64,000 nt of DNA from contig JBDHDE010000015.1 of NCBI GenBank assembly GCA_039591655.1, positions 1-64,000 on the forward strand, written 5' to 3'. The notes below the pieces were generated by a model. The model was given only the letters and a program-made list of their open reading frames with translations. It was not told the DNA's origin and made no database searches. Position 1 is the first letter of the stretch; each line of letters begins with the position of its first letter. Shown in pieces: positions 51,248-60,845 of this stretch. This DNA comes from Gemmatimonadota bacterium (GTDB lineage Bacteria; Gemmatimonadota; Gemmatimonadetes; Gemmatimonadales; GWC2-71-9). The position numbers and the translations under genes are program-made.

Positions 51248-52708
51248 TCAGTGATTGCCACTCGGCGGCGCATGGACGGGCGCGCCCACCCAGAGCTTGG
51301 TAGAGGACTCCACCACGCTCTCGGTCGTGCCGACGACCGCGGCGGGTTGTTGCGCCGGGAGCAGAAGGCGTCCGCCCACGAATGCCAAGGTAGCGGCCAC
51401 GGCCGTGGCGGCCAGCACGCCGAGCTTGGCGACGCCCAGGAGGTCGGGGTCCTGGAAGGCCAGCTCGGCGATGAAGATGGCCATGGTGAACCCGATGGCT
51501 GCGGCGAAGCCGACTACCATCATGCCGCGCCAATCCACGCCCTGGGGCAGCACGCACAGCCGGAGTTTGATGGCGAGCCAGCTGAACGCCAGCACGCCGA
51601 CGGTCTTCCCGACCAGCAGCCCCAGGATGATCCCACCGAGCACCGCCATCCCACCGGGCTCGGCAAAATCGATGCCGCCGAGCCGCACGCCTGCGTTGGC
51701 CAGGGCGAAGAGCGGCATGACCCCGAAGGCCGTCCACGGATGCAGCAGCGCCTCCAGGCGCACTGCGGGAGCGATGGCCTCCCGCTGGGCAACGGCGATC
51801 TGCTGCAGCGGCTCGATCAGCTCGGGGTCGGACTTGCCGTCCGCGGCTCGCTCGCGGAACTCGTCGAGGGCCCGGTGCGCCGTCATGAGAAAGCCCTCTC
51901 GCCCGTACCACGCCCGGGCCGGCGCCAGGAGGCCGATCATCACGCCGGCAATCGTGGGGTGGATGCCGGCCCAGTAGAGCCCCGCCCACGCCAGCAGGAA
52001 GGGCAGGGGTGCGACCCCGGGCTTCACACCCATCTTCAGGAGCAGCCACCCCAGGCCCAGTCCCGCCAGCGCCAATAGCAGTCCATTGACCGCGAAGCCG
52101 CTGGCGTAGAAGATGGCGATCACCAGGATTGCCCCGATGTCGTCGATGATCGCAAAGGCCAGCAGCAGCACCCTCAGGGCGGGGGGAACCCGCTTGCCCA
52201 GGAGAGTGAGCACGCCCACCGCGAAAGCGATGTCGGTGGCCATGGGCACGCCCCAGCCGTCGGCACCGGGCCCCGACACGTTCATGGCGGCGTAGATCGT
52301 CGCCGGGACCAGCATCCCACCCACTGCTGCGGCGAGGGGGAGGGCGGCCCGCTTCACGTCCGACAGGGCGCCGTCCACGATCTCCCGTTTGATCTCCAGG
52401 CCGACCACCAGGAAGAACACCGCCATGAGGAGGTCGTTGATCCAGAAGTGGAGCGACTTCTCCATGGTCCAGTCGCCGATCCCGATGCGGAACGGCGTAT
52501 GCCACAGTGCGTCGTAGCTGTCGGCCCAGGGGGAGTTGGCCCAGATGAGAGCCACGGCGGCGGCCCCGATGAGTATGATCCCACTCGCCGCTTCGATGTG
52601 AAGGAAACGCTCGATGGGCCGGCGCACGGCCACTGCGACACGCCGGGCGGGTAGCCAGGCCCAAGGTGGGATGGTGGGAGTACCGCTCGTGGACTCGGGG
52701 TCCTTCAC
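51248..52708 (-). CDS. nhaA: Na+/H+ antiporter NhaA
   Basis: WINDLLMAVFFLVVGLEIKRE, GWGVPMATDIAFA, AIIDD, PLFALANAG, IGFTMAIFI; start uncertain. Confidence 0.95.
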   Translation of the reverse strand: MKDPESTSGTPTIPPWAWLPARRVAVAVRRPIERFLHIEAASGIILIGAAAVALIWANSPWADSYDALWHTPFRIGIGDWTMEKSLHFWINDLLMAVFFLVVGLEIKREIVDGALSDVKRAALPLAAAVGGMLVPATIYAAMNVSGPGADGWGVPMATDIAFAVGVLTLLGKRVPPALRVLLLAFAIIDDIGAILVIAIFYASGFAVNGLLLALAGLGLGWLLLKMGVKPGVAPLPFLLAWAGLYWAGIHPTIAGVMIGLLAPARAWYGREGFLMTAHRALDEFRERAADGKSDPELIEPLQQIAVAQREAIAPAVRLEALLHPWTAFGVMPLFALANAGVRLGGIDFAEPGGMAVLGGIILGLLVGKTVGVLAFSWLAIKLRLCVLPQGVDWRGMMVVGFAAAIGFTMAIFIAELAFQDPDLLGVAKLGVLAATAVAATLAFVGGRLLLPAQQPAAVVGTTESVVESSTKLWVGAPVHAPPSGNH

Positions 52709-52866
52709 GCCGCTTGTCCTCAGGGATTTGCGGGGAGGAATGGCGTCGGCCGGTGGACCGCCCCGCCGGCGGTCCACGACAGAGACAATACCCGTCACCC
52801 GGGAGCGCGCAACCCGCCGCCGGTTCCCCTGTCCGGCCGAGGGGTGCTACTCTTGATGCACCAGCC

Positions 52867-54471
52867 ATGACCGCCCCGCCCTTGCTCGACGCGCAAATAC
52901 GGACGACGCCCGGAGGCGCCGGCACGCTGCCTCTCGATATGATCCAGGCCGCGTCACGCCGCCTCGGGATCGCGGCTCTGGTGTGGGCATTCCTGTGGGC
53001 CTTCTCCCTGGTGATGAACAACCTGGTGAGCCCCATCCTCTCGCCAGGTACGCCGCTGGACGACGCATGGCCGTGGCCCGGCAACCCGGTGGCACTGGCG
53101 GTCATTCTGGTGTCCCTCGGTCTGTTTGCGTACACCCGCTGGCACGCGTGCGACTGCCAGTTCTCCCTGGACCTCGGGCTGGCGTACGAGGTCTTCCTGG
53201 CCTTCGCCATCGGGCTCGTGAACCAGTGGACCCCCAACACCGTGGGGCTGTCGTGGATCTGCGTGCTGGTTCTCGTGCACGCGATGATAGTGCCGAATAC
53301 CCGGGGCAAGACGCTGGCGGCAGCCCTATTGGCAGCGTCGATGGATCCGGTGGGCCTCGCCATTACCGCCGCGCGGGGAGTACCCGTGCCGTCGGCTCCC
53401 GTCATCCTCTGGACGTATCTGCCCAACTACATCTGCGCACTGCTGGCCGTGATCCCGGCGCAGATCATCACCAGGCTCGGCAGCCAGGTGCGGGACGCCC
53501 GCGCGCTGGGGAGCTACCAGTTGGATGAGCTGCTGGGGCGGGGTGGGATGGGAGAAGTCTACAGCGCGCGGCATCGGCTGCTCCATCGCCCGGCGGCGGT
53601 CAAGCTGATCCGGCCGGATACGCTGAGCTCCCGCGACGGTGAGAGAGCCGACACCATCGTGGCCCGGTTCAAGCGAGAGGCGGAGGCGGTCTCGAGCCTG
53701 CACTCGCCGCACACCATCGCCCTGTACGACTTCGGGGTTACGGACGAAGGCAATCTGTACTACGTGATGGAGTTGCTGCGGGGGCTCGACCTGGACTCGC
53801 TGGTGGAGCAGTTCGGGCCGGTGCGTCCCCCCCGCGCGGTGCACCTGCTGCGGCAGGCCTGCCACTCCCTAGCCGAGGCGCACGCCGGGGGACTCATCCA
53901 CCGGGACGTCAAGCCGGCAAACCTCTACTCCTGTTGGGTGGGGTTGGAGGCGGACTTCGTGAAGGTCTTGGACTTCGGCCTGGTGAAGCCACCTGCGGAG
54001 CAGGAGGCGGAACAGGTCAGGCTCACTGCCCCCGACCTGACCACCGGCACGCCGGCGTACATGGCTCCCGAGCTGGCCCTGCGCCAGGATCCGGACTGGC
54101 GGGCCGACATCTACTCCTTGGGCTGCGTGGCGTACTGGTTGCTCACCGGTCGGTTGGTGTTCGATGCGCCGACTCCCATGAAGATGATGGTCCAGCACAT
54201 CGAGACGCGGCCCCTGCCGCCGTCGCGCTACAGCGAGTTCCAGATCGGGGCCGATCTGGACGAGCTGGTGCTCGCCTGCCTCGAGAAGGACCGACGCCGG
54301 CGCCCGTCCGACGCTCGCCAACTGGCCCGGCGGCTGGCCGAGTGCGAGGTGGGAGAGTCGTGGACGCCGGAAGTTGCCGAGCGTTGGTGGCGTGCCCACC
54401 TGCCCGAGCTCGTGCCGGCGCAGGCGCGGCGGGCGTCGCAACCGGGCGTGCCGGTGACGGAAGAGGTCTGA
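52867..54471 (+). CDS. Ser/Thr kinase with N-terminal polytopic membrane domain (paralog A)
   Basis: Several TMs, then LGRGGMGEV, AAVK, HRDVKPAN, KVLDFGLVK, GTPAYMAPE. Confidence 0.93.
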   Translation: MTAPPLLDAQIRTTPGGAGTLPLDMIQAASRRLGIAALVWAFLWAFSLVMNNLVSPILSPGTPLDDAWPWPGNPVALAVILVSLGLFAYTRWHACDCQFSLDLGLAYEVFLAFAIGLVNQWTPNTVGLSWICVLVLVHAMIVPNTRGKTLAAALLAASMDPVGLAITAARGVPVPSAPVILWTYLPNYICALLAVIPAQIITRLGSQVRDARALGSYQLDELLGRGGMGEVYSARHRLLHRPAAVKLIRPDTLSSRDGERADTIVARFKREAEAVSSLHSPHTIALYDFGVTDEGNLYYVMELLRGLDLDSLVEQFGPVRPPRAVHLLRQACHSLAEAHAGGLIHRDVKPANLYSCWVGLEADFVKVLDFGLVKPPAEQEAEQVRLTAPDLTTGTPAYMAPELALRQDPDWRADIYSLGCVAYWLLTGRLVFDAPTPMKMMVQHIETRPLPPSRYSEFQIGADLDELVLACLEKDRRRRPSDARQLARRLAECEVGESWTPEVAERWWRAHLPELVPAQARRASQPGVPVTEEV

Positions 54472-54479
54472 CTGGCCGC

Positions 54480-56195
54480 CTAGCGCTCCACCGCCACCAC
54501 CCGCCCGCTGGCCCGGGCGAGATAGACCACCACTGACGAGCTCCAGCCCTCTCCACGATCCACCTGCAGCTCGATCTCCAAGAAGGGGTGATCCCCCAGC
54601 GATGCCGTTCCAACTGTGGGGCCGCCGGCGGCATCCAGGTCGATGGCCCGTTCCGCGGTCTCCAACCACTGGGTGCGGCCCGCCGGCTGGCGCTCCGGGG
54701 TCACCGCTGCGACTCGGTAGCGATACCGTGCGGTCTGTCCGGGGTAGACTCCCCGCTCGGCGCCGAGGTCGTGGAATCGCATGATCCCCTCGGCATGAGT
54801 GAAGAAGTCCAGCGGGACCACCCGGTCGAAGAAGAACCGTCCGATCCGGTCGCGGCGCTCCCCCAGGATCCGCGTGATGTAACGGGCCACCTCCGGCCGC
54901 GGATAATGGCCCTCGGCCACGATGGTCTCGAGGTGCCGGTCGGTGAAGGCCGTGATGATCTTGGCCGCCCAGTAGGCGTCCCGTTTGGTGAGGTTAGCGA
55001 AGGCCGTGTTCGGCTCCAGCGGCTTGAAGGCCATGGGCTCGAACCTCTCGCTCTCGAAGTAGCCCACTTCCTCGAGCCCCTCCGGGGGATCGAGCCGCCG
55101 CCAGACGTCCTGCTGCGTACCGAGTGCCACGGCGCGTGCCAGGATGCGGACCAGGTCCAACGTGTACTCGTGACACGCCATGGGGTACGGGCCCAGTGCC
55201 CCGGCCCCCAGGCTGCTGGCGAAGTCGATCAGGTAGTGTCGGATGAAACGCCGCCCGTCCTCCTCCACGTACATGTCCAGCGTGTTGCCCTGCTTCGTGT
55301 CATAGTGACACAGCCACGCAGAGAGAATCCGCAGGCCCCGGAGCTCGCGGCGGTCCTCGTGGTTCACGCGGTCGTTGGGGTCGTCCTGGCGTCGCCCCTT
55401 CCAGTCGAACGGTCCCATCCAGTTCCCGCCGAGGAGCCGGCTCGCCAGGGCGCGCCAGGAGCCGTCGGGCAGCCGATCAACGCGGGCCAGCACGCTATCC
55501 AGATCGGCCGCCGTCATGATGCGCTCGTTCCCGTCCGGGTCCGTGAAGTCCACATCGTCGGCGAGCACGAGCCGCTCCCGGGCGAACGTCACCACGAAAT
55601 CCTCCGGAACGTTGTAGCCCGCGGTGTGGAAGATGCGGCCGGAGATGACACCTGCCGCCGATGCCATGCCGAGGTAGCCCGGCGGATCGAACTTGATGAA
55701 GTAGGTGTCCCCCCTTCCGTCCTCGATGGTGAACCCCGGCGTCACACCCTCCGTCTTGGCGCCCACCACCGTCCAGGACGTCGAAACGTCGGGCCCCGCC
55801 ACAGTGAGTGGCCCGCGCGCTGCCGTCTCCGGATCCATGGGGAAGAGACCGATCCGGTTGGTGAACCACGCGGAGTTCGGTACCTCGTCCAGCGTGTTCA
55901 CGTTGACGGCCGGAGCCACGTGATCGCCGCCGGCGATGCCGCCGAGGCCTCGTACGAGCCGCGCTGGGTTGAGCATGCGGTCCAGCGGCCGGAAGATGGA
56001 GGCCTCGGCCCCCGAGCGGATGATGTTGGGGTCTCGCGGCTCGGGGGCCGGGATGTCCCGGCGGTCATCGGCGTGCCACGTCACCGGTGCATCCCGCAGC
56101 GGCGGCCCGCCGCCCGAGGCGGCCAGGCCCGCGAGGGCGCACAGGGCTACGGCGCTCGCGCGCCGGCTACCGCGGCGGAACCGGATCCTTCCCAT
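54480..56195 (-). CDS. Probably exported atypical kinase-fold protein
   Basis: Basic then hydrophobic N-terminus; AKTEGVTPGF, YFIKFD, HYDTKQGN, YLIDF; start overlaps the upstream barrel gene. Confidence 0.7.
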   Translation of the reverse strand: MGRIRFRRGSRRASAVALCALAGLAASGGGPPLRDAPVTWHADDRRDIPAPEPRDPNIIRSGAEASIFRPLDRMLNPARLVRGLGGIAGGDHVAPAVNVNTLDEVPNSAWFTNRIGLFPMDPETAARGPLTVAGPDVSTSWTVVGAKTEGVTPGFTIEDGRGDTYFIKFDPPGYLGMASAAGVISGRIFHTAGYNVPEDFVVTFARERLVLADDVDFTDPDGNERIMTAADLDSVLARVDRLPDGSWRALASRLLGGNWMGPFDWKGRRQDDPNDRVNHEDRRELRGLRILSAWLCHYDTKQGNTLDMYVEEDGRRFIRHYLIDFASSLGAGALGPYPMACHEYTLDLVRILARAVALGTQQDVWRRLDPPEGLEEVGYFESERFEPMAFKPLEPNTAFANLTKRDAYWAAKIITAFTDRHLETIVAEGHYPRPEVARYITRILGERRDRIGRFFFDRVVPLDFFTHAEGIMRFHDLGAERGVYPGQTARYRYRVAAVTPERQPAGRTQWLETAERAIDLDAAGGPTVGTASLGDHPFLEIELQVDRGEGWSSSVVVYLARASGRVVAVER

Positions 56196-57621
56196 GAAAC
56201 AGCCCCTTGGTCCACTGGAAGATCTGCTCGCTCTTGAGCCGGAACATCGATTGCTCACTGCTCCGGGCGAACTCCACCCGCAGCAGGAACCCCTGTCCGT
56301 CCACCAGTCGCAGACCCAGGCCGTAGGAGAACGTCAGGTTGTCCAGGTTGATCTGGTCGAGCTCGTCGAAAACCTGACCTAAGTCGGCCAGGATGTAGAT
56401 GTCGAGCCCTGCCGCCGCGGCGTGCTGGAACGCCCACAGCGGCCAGCGATACTCCGCGCTGAGCACGGTGATTCCCCTGTCCCGCCACCGGAAGTCGTTG
56501 TAACCCCGCATGAGATCGGGGTCGTCGTTGGTGAGGAGCCGCTGAAACGGGATATCCGTCGTCTGCCCCATCGGCTCGATCCACGACAGGTACCACCGCA
56601 GGGCCAGTGCATGGTAGTTGTACCATAGAGGAATGAACTGCTGCAGCTCCGCCCGAAAGGTCCAGAAGTCAATGTTGTCCTCGGGGTCCGTGCCGAGGAA
56701 GTACGACGCGCGGAGCTGACGCAGGCCTCCGCGGGTCGGCCGGCCCGTCTCCTCGAAATCCGCGTGACCCAGGAGAACCTCCAGGCTCACACCGTCGGAG
56801 CGCTCACCGAAGCCGGAAGGCAGATCGTCGGCGAACCGCTGGCTGAGCGAGGGCTCGAAATCCCCACCCGGCTCGCCGGCGCTCACTCCGGTGTAGAGTA
56901 GCTTCCCCCGAAGCAGGAAGTTGCCGATGCGTTGCCGGTAGCTCGTGCCGAGCCAGGTGAGCCTCTGCCGGTAGAACGATTCGTCGAACCGGCTGGTCTC
57001 CGGCCCGTTGCCGAAGTAGCGGGCGTTGGCCCGGTCGCGGAACCCGGCGCCGAAGCCCAGCATGCCGCCCCGGCCGATGGGGAACTGCGCGCCGCCCGTG
57101 ATTCTCTGGTCGCCCCGCACTGTGGTGTAGGCGCGGAGGCGCAGCTCGTTCCCCGGAGCGCCGACGTGATTGTGTTGGATCGAGAGGCCACCGCCGAACC
57201 CCGAGAGCCCGCCGGCGGTGATCTCCGGAAAGAGCTGGATGTTCCCCGGTGGGCGGATGAAGATGTCGAGTATCTGTTTGTCGTCCATGAACTCGACGGT
57301 CGCGAGGATCCCGGCACCTACGGCTCTGAAGGGGAAGGTGATCACGCGATAGGGGGAGACCAGCACGGCCTCCCAGAAAGACGCCGGACGGTTGGCGAAC
57401 CGGGCGGTGGCCGAGTCGGTGGGTGCCGGGATCTCGCCCCAGTAGCTCACCCCGATGCCGGTGCCCTGGAGCCGTGCCGCACTGTCGGGAACCTGGGAGC
57501 GCTCCTGCGCCGCCGCCGTGTCGACACTAGCCGAGCCAGCCAGCGTGGCACTGGTGAGAGCGAGGAGTCGCAGGCGGCGGTGCCAGCTCGCACCGCACGG
57601 CCGGGAGGGAAGGCGGTGCAC
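56167..57621 (-). CDS. Omp85 (BamA/TamA)-type beta-barrel protein without evident POTRA domains
   Basis: Signal-like N-terminus; PTRG, MRGYNDFRWRD (VRGY-like), SAEYRWP, ADLGQV, SYGLGLR; start uncertain. Confidence 0.8.
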   Translation of the reverse strand: MHRLPSRPCGASWHRRLRLLALTSATLAGSASVDTAAAQERSQVPDSAARLQGTGIGVSYWGEIPAPTDSATARFANRPASFWEAVLVSPYRVITFPFRAVGAGILATVEFMDDKQILDIFIRPPGNIQLFPEITAGGLSGFGGGLSIQHNHVGAPGNELRLRAYTTVRGDQRITGGAQFPIGRGGMLGFGAGFRDRANARYFGNGPETSRFDESFYRQRLTWLGTSYRQRIGNFLLRGKLLYTGVSAGEPGGDFEPSLSQRFADDLPSGFGERSDGVSLEVLLGHADFEETGRPTRGGLRQLRASYFLGTDPEDNIDFWTFRAELQQFIPLWYNYHALALRWYLSWIEPMGQTTDIPFQRLLTNDDPDLMRGYNDFRWRDRGITVLSAEYRWPLWAFQHAAAAGLDIYILADLGQVFDELDQINLDNLTFSYGLGLRLVDGQGFLLRVEFARSSEQSMFRLKSEQIFQWTKGLFHGKDPVPPR

Positions 57622-57634
57622 GGTCGGCCTCGGA

Positions 57635-59068
57635 TCACTCCATTTCGAAGACCACGAACCGGAGCTCGCCGCGTCGGTCCACATGGAGGACGACCGGGTC
57701 GCCCCGCGCGAGAGAGCCCAGCATGTTGGAGAGCTGCCCCACACTCACCACGTCTTGTCCGTTTACCGAGTAGATCACGTCGGCGATCTGCAGGCCGGAG
57801 GCCACCGACGGGACCCCGGCTGCCTGCGCGACCACAGCCACGCCGCCACGCTGCCTGAGCCAGGGTAGCATTGCCGAGATCTCGTCGTCCACCTCGACGG
57901 CCAGGATACCGAGCTCGCGAATGAGGTTGCGCTCCCGGCCCACCACTTCGGCGAAGGCACTGGGGTCGTTGGCCCGCTCGGCGACGGACACCTGCATGGT
58001 CAGGCGGTTGAGGCCCCGCCGCACTTCCAGCGTGACGACATCGCCGACCCGGCGCTGGTAGACGTTGACGTCGAACTGCCGGGCGTTCTCCATTGGCTTG
58101 CCGTCCAGCGACACGATGACGTCTCCCACTTGGAGGCCGGCGCGCGCCCCCGGCGAACGGGGATAGACGTCGGACACGACGACGCCCCAGGTGCGGGTGA
58201 GACGCAACCCCACCGCCAGGGTCGGCGTGATGGTCTGTGCGTTCACCCCGATCACGCCGCGGCGGACCCGGCCGCTCTCCCGGATCTGCTCGAACACGGC
58301 GCGCACGATGTTGCTGGGCGAGGCGAAGCCGATGCCCTCGCTCCCTCCGGACTGGGACAGGATCAGGGTGTTGATCCCGATGACGTGACCGCGGGAGTTC
58401 ACCAGCGGCCCCCCGGAACTGCCGGGGTTGATGGGAGCGTCGGTCTGGATGTAGGCCATCGGATGGTCGGGCTGGAGCTGCCGTCCCACGGCGCTCACCA
58501 CCCCCATCGTCACGGACGCCTCGAGGCCGAGGGGGCTGCCGAACGCAAACACGATGTTCCCCGGGCGCACCTCGTCTGAGTCGCCCAGCTCGAGGTAGGG
58601 CAGGTCGGTACCCTCGATCTTGATCACCGCCAGGTCGGTCTCGATATCCGTGCCCACTATGCTCCCCTCGGCCCGCCGGCCCACCGGTTTCACCAGCGAC
58701 CGAGCTGGGACGTCGTCAGCAGCGGGCACGGCCAACACCACGTCGAGCTGCCGGGCGCCCTCAACGACGTGGTTGTTGGTGACGATGTACCCGTCGGCGG
58801 AGACGATGACCCCGGATCCACCGCGGCGCTGGCGTCCGAGAGCCGGCGTCACACCCCGCGCTTGGCCCTCCACGGGGCCGATGGCGGTGACGTAGATCTC
58901 CACCACTGCGCGGCCCACTTGCTCCGTGAGCGCGCCGACGTACGCGCTCATATCAACCAGCACCGCCGGCGGCTCGACGGTCGGTTCCTGTGCCAGGCCC
59001 GGCGCCGACCAACCCAGGAGAGCGGCGGCGGCGAGCCACGTGGCGGTGTGGGCGGTCCTGAACTGCAT
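57635..59068 (-). CDS. HtrA/DegP-family serine protease with two PDZ domains
   Basis: Signal peptide; GSGVI, TNNHV, DLAV, IQTDAPINPGSSGGPL; two PDZ-like repeats. Confidence 0.94.
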   Translation of the reverse strand: MQFRTAHTATWLAAAALLGWSAPGLAQEPTVEPPAVLVDMSAYVGALTEQVGRAVVEIYVTAIGPVEGQARGVTPALGRQRRGGSGVIVSADGYIVTNNHVVEGARQLDVVLAVPAADDVPARSLVKPVGRRAEGSIVGTDIETDLAVIKIEGTDLPYLELGDSDEVRPGNIVFAFGSPLGLEASVTMGVVSAVGRQLQPDHPMAYIQTDAPINPGSSGGPLVNSRGHVIGINTLILSQSGGSEGIGFASPSNIVRAVFEQIRESGRVRRGVIGVNAQTITPTLAVGLRLTRTWGVVVSDVYPRSPGARAGLQVGDVIVSLDGKPMENARQFDVNVYQRRVGDVVTLEVRRGLNRLTMQVSVAERANDPSAFAEVVGRERNLIRELGILAVEVDDEISAMLPWLRQRGGVAVVAQAAGVPSVASGLQIADVIYSVNGQDVVSVGQLSNMLGSLARGDPVVLHVDRRGELRFVVFEME

Positions 59069-59115
59069 CTGGTGAGTCCTCTCGAAGCTTCTGGTTTCGG
59101 AGTCGCGCCCGGTCA

Positions 59116-60726
59116 TCAGGCGGAGATGGCGGGTGCCAGCTCCCCCTTGTCGCACGCAGCGAGCTCGGGGCCCTCGGGAAGATGCGCGTCCCACCAGCTG
59201 CGGGCCCGCTCGGCCGTCCACCGCTCCGGGAGATCGAGCGCGTCGAGCCTCCCGCCCACCTCCTCCGCCCCTGCCGGTCGGTCGCTCGGGTCCTTTGCGA
59301 GGCACTGCAGCACGAGCTCATCGAAGGCCGGCGGGATGGCGAGCTCGGAGCGCTTGGACGGCGCCTCCGGCTCGTCCGAGATGTGTCGGTGCATCATCTT
59401 GATGGGGTTGTCCGCCTCGAACACGAGCCGTCCGCTGACGAGCCAGTAGAGCACGCAGCCCAGCGCATACACATCCACCTGTTGATCCGCGCTACGCTCG
59501 CCCATGGCGAGCTCCGGCGCCATGAATGCCGGCGTCCCAGTCGTCATGTGGGGCTGCGTGAGCATCGTCTGCTCCCGGCTCTGATCAGCCTTGACCAGCC
59601 CGAAATCGAGCACCTTCACGAAGTCCAGGGAAAAGCCCATGCGGCACGTGTGGAGGTTCGACGGCTTTATGTCACGGTGGATCAGCCCTTTGGCGTGCGC
59701 CTCCGCCAGGGACTCGCACGCCTGGCGCGCCAGGTGCGCCGCCCGCTCCGGGGGAATCGGTCCGAACCGGTTCACCAGCTCCTCGAACCCGGCGCCGTCC
59801 AACAGCTCCATCACGTAGTAGAACGCACCGTCCTCGGCGACGCCGAAGTCGTACAGCTCGATGGTGTGCGGCGACCGGAGGGTCGCGGCGGCCTGCGCCT
59901 CCCGCTTGAACCGCTCCACCGCTACGTGCTGTTGAGCGGCTGTGCTCGCCCCGAGCACCTCTGGCCGGATCAGCTTGATCGCCGCCGGCCGCGCCAGGAG
60001 ACGGTGCTCGGCGTGGAACACCTCTCCCATTCCGCCGGCTCCCAGGCGATCACCCAGTTTGTAGCTGCCCAGCTCCCGTGCCTGGCGCACCTGGCGGCCG
60101 AGTCCGCGAATGATCTTCGCGGGAAGGACGGCCAGCGCCGCGGTGAAGTACGTGGGTGCGAACGCGAAGACGGCCTCGGCTGCGCCCATGGTGATCTCCA
60201 CGCCGCGCAGCTTGGCGATGGCGAGACCCACGGGATCCATCGACGCCGCGAGCAACGAGGCGACGAAGATCTTGTGGGGTGTGTTGGGCGCGATGCTCGG
60301 GTAGACCAGGATGACGATCGCGATCCAGGACAGTCCGTCAGTTGGGGAGGGGGCCCACATTTGGAGGACCCCGATCAGGAAGGCGGTCACCACCTCGAAC
60401 CCCAGGCCCAGGTCGAGCAGCAGGTTGGGCCGGTGGTGCAGCCGCGCGGCAACAAACACCATCGCCACCGACAGGACGAGCCCGGTGCCGGCGATCGCAT
60501 TGCCCGGCATGGGCCACGGTCGGTCGCTCATGAGCATGGGGGTGTCGACGAACCGCGTAACGGCGTTTGCCAGGAATAGGCCGAACGCCCACAGCGAGGC
60601 GACTGCCAGGCTCGCGATGCCGACCCGCCTGCACGACTGGGAGAGCAACTCGGTGGGCAGGGACATGCGCCCGCTGCGGGTGGAGCCCGACGGCGTCGCC
60701 GCCGCGTGGATTCTCTCAGCACTCAT
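59116..60726 (-). CDS. Ser/Thr kinase with N-terminal polytopic membrane domain (paralog B)
   Basis: Same architecture as 52867; LGAGGMGEV, AAIK, HRDIKPSN, KVLDFGLVK, GTPAFMAPE. Confidence 0.93.
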   Translation of the reverse strand: MSAERIHAAATPSGSTRSGRMSLPTELLSQSCRRVGIASLAVASLWAFGLFLANAVTRFVDTPMLMSDRPWPMPGNAIAGTGLVLSVAMVFVAARLHHRPNLLLDLGLGFEVVTAFLIGVLQMWAPSPTDGLSWIAIVILVYPSIAPNTPHKIFVASLLAASMDPVGLAIAKLRGVEITMGAAEAVFAFAPTYFTAALAVLPAKIIRGLGRQVRQARELGSYKLGDRLGAGGMGEVFHAEHRLLARPAAIKLIRPEVLGASTAAQQHVAVERFKREAQAAATLRSPHTIELYDFGVAEDGAFYYVMELLDGAGFEELVNRFGPIPPERAAHLARQACESLAEAHAKGLIHRDIKPSNLHTCRMGFSLDFVKVLDFGLVKADQSREQTMLTQPHMTTGTPAFMAPELAMGERSADQQVDVYALGCVLYWLVSGRLVFEADNPIKMMHRHISDEPEAPSKRSELAIPPAFDELVLQCLAKDPSDRPAGAEEVGGRLDALDLPERWTAERARSWWDAHLPEGPELAACDKGELAPAISA

Positions 60727-60845
60727 GGATGGGCCTTCCCGGACGAACCTTACGGGATGATCTCGAAGACTATCATACGGCTGGGGGGTTGGAAAGTTCG
60801 AGCGTTGCGGCCGGGTGGGTAGAGCGCAAAGAATCGAGCGGTGGG

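Noticed and set aside
51234..53426. 730-aa minus-strand ORF
   Set aside because: Overlaps nhaA and a kinase in other frames and has no motifs
58400..58440. HtrA GSSGG instead of GNSGG as an inactive protease
   Set aside because: Catalytic Ser, His and Asp are all retained
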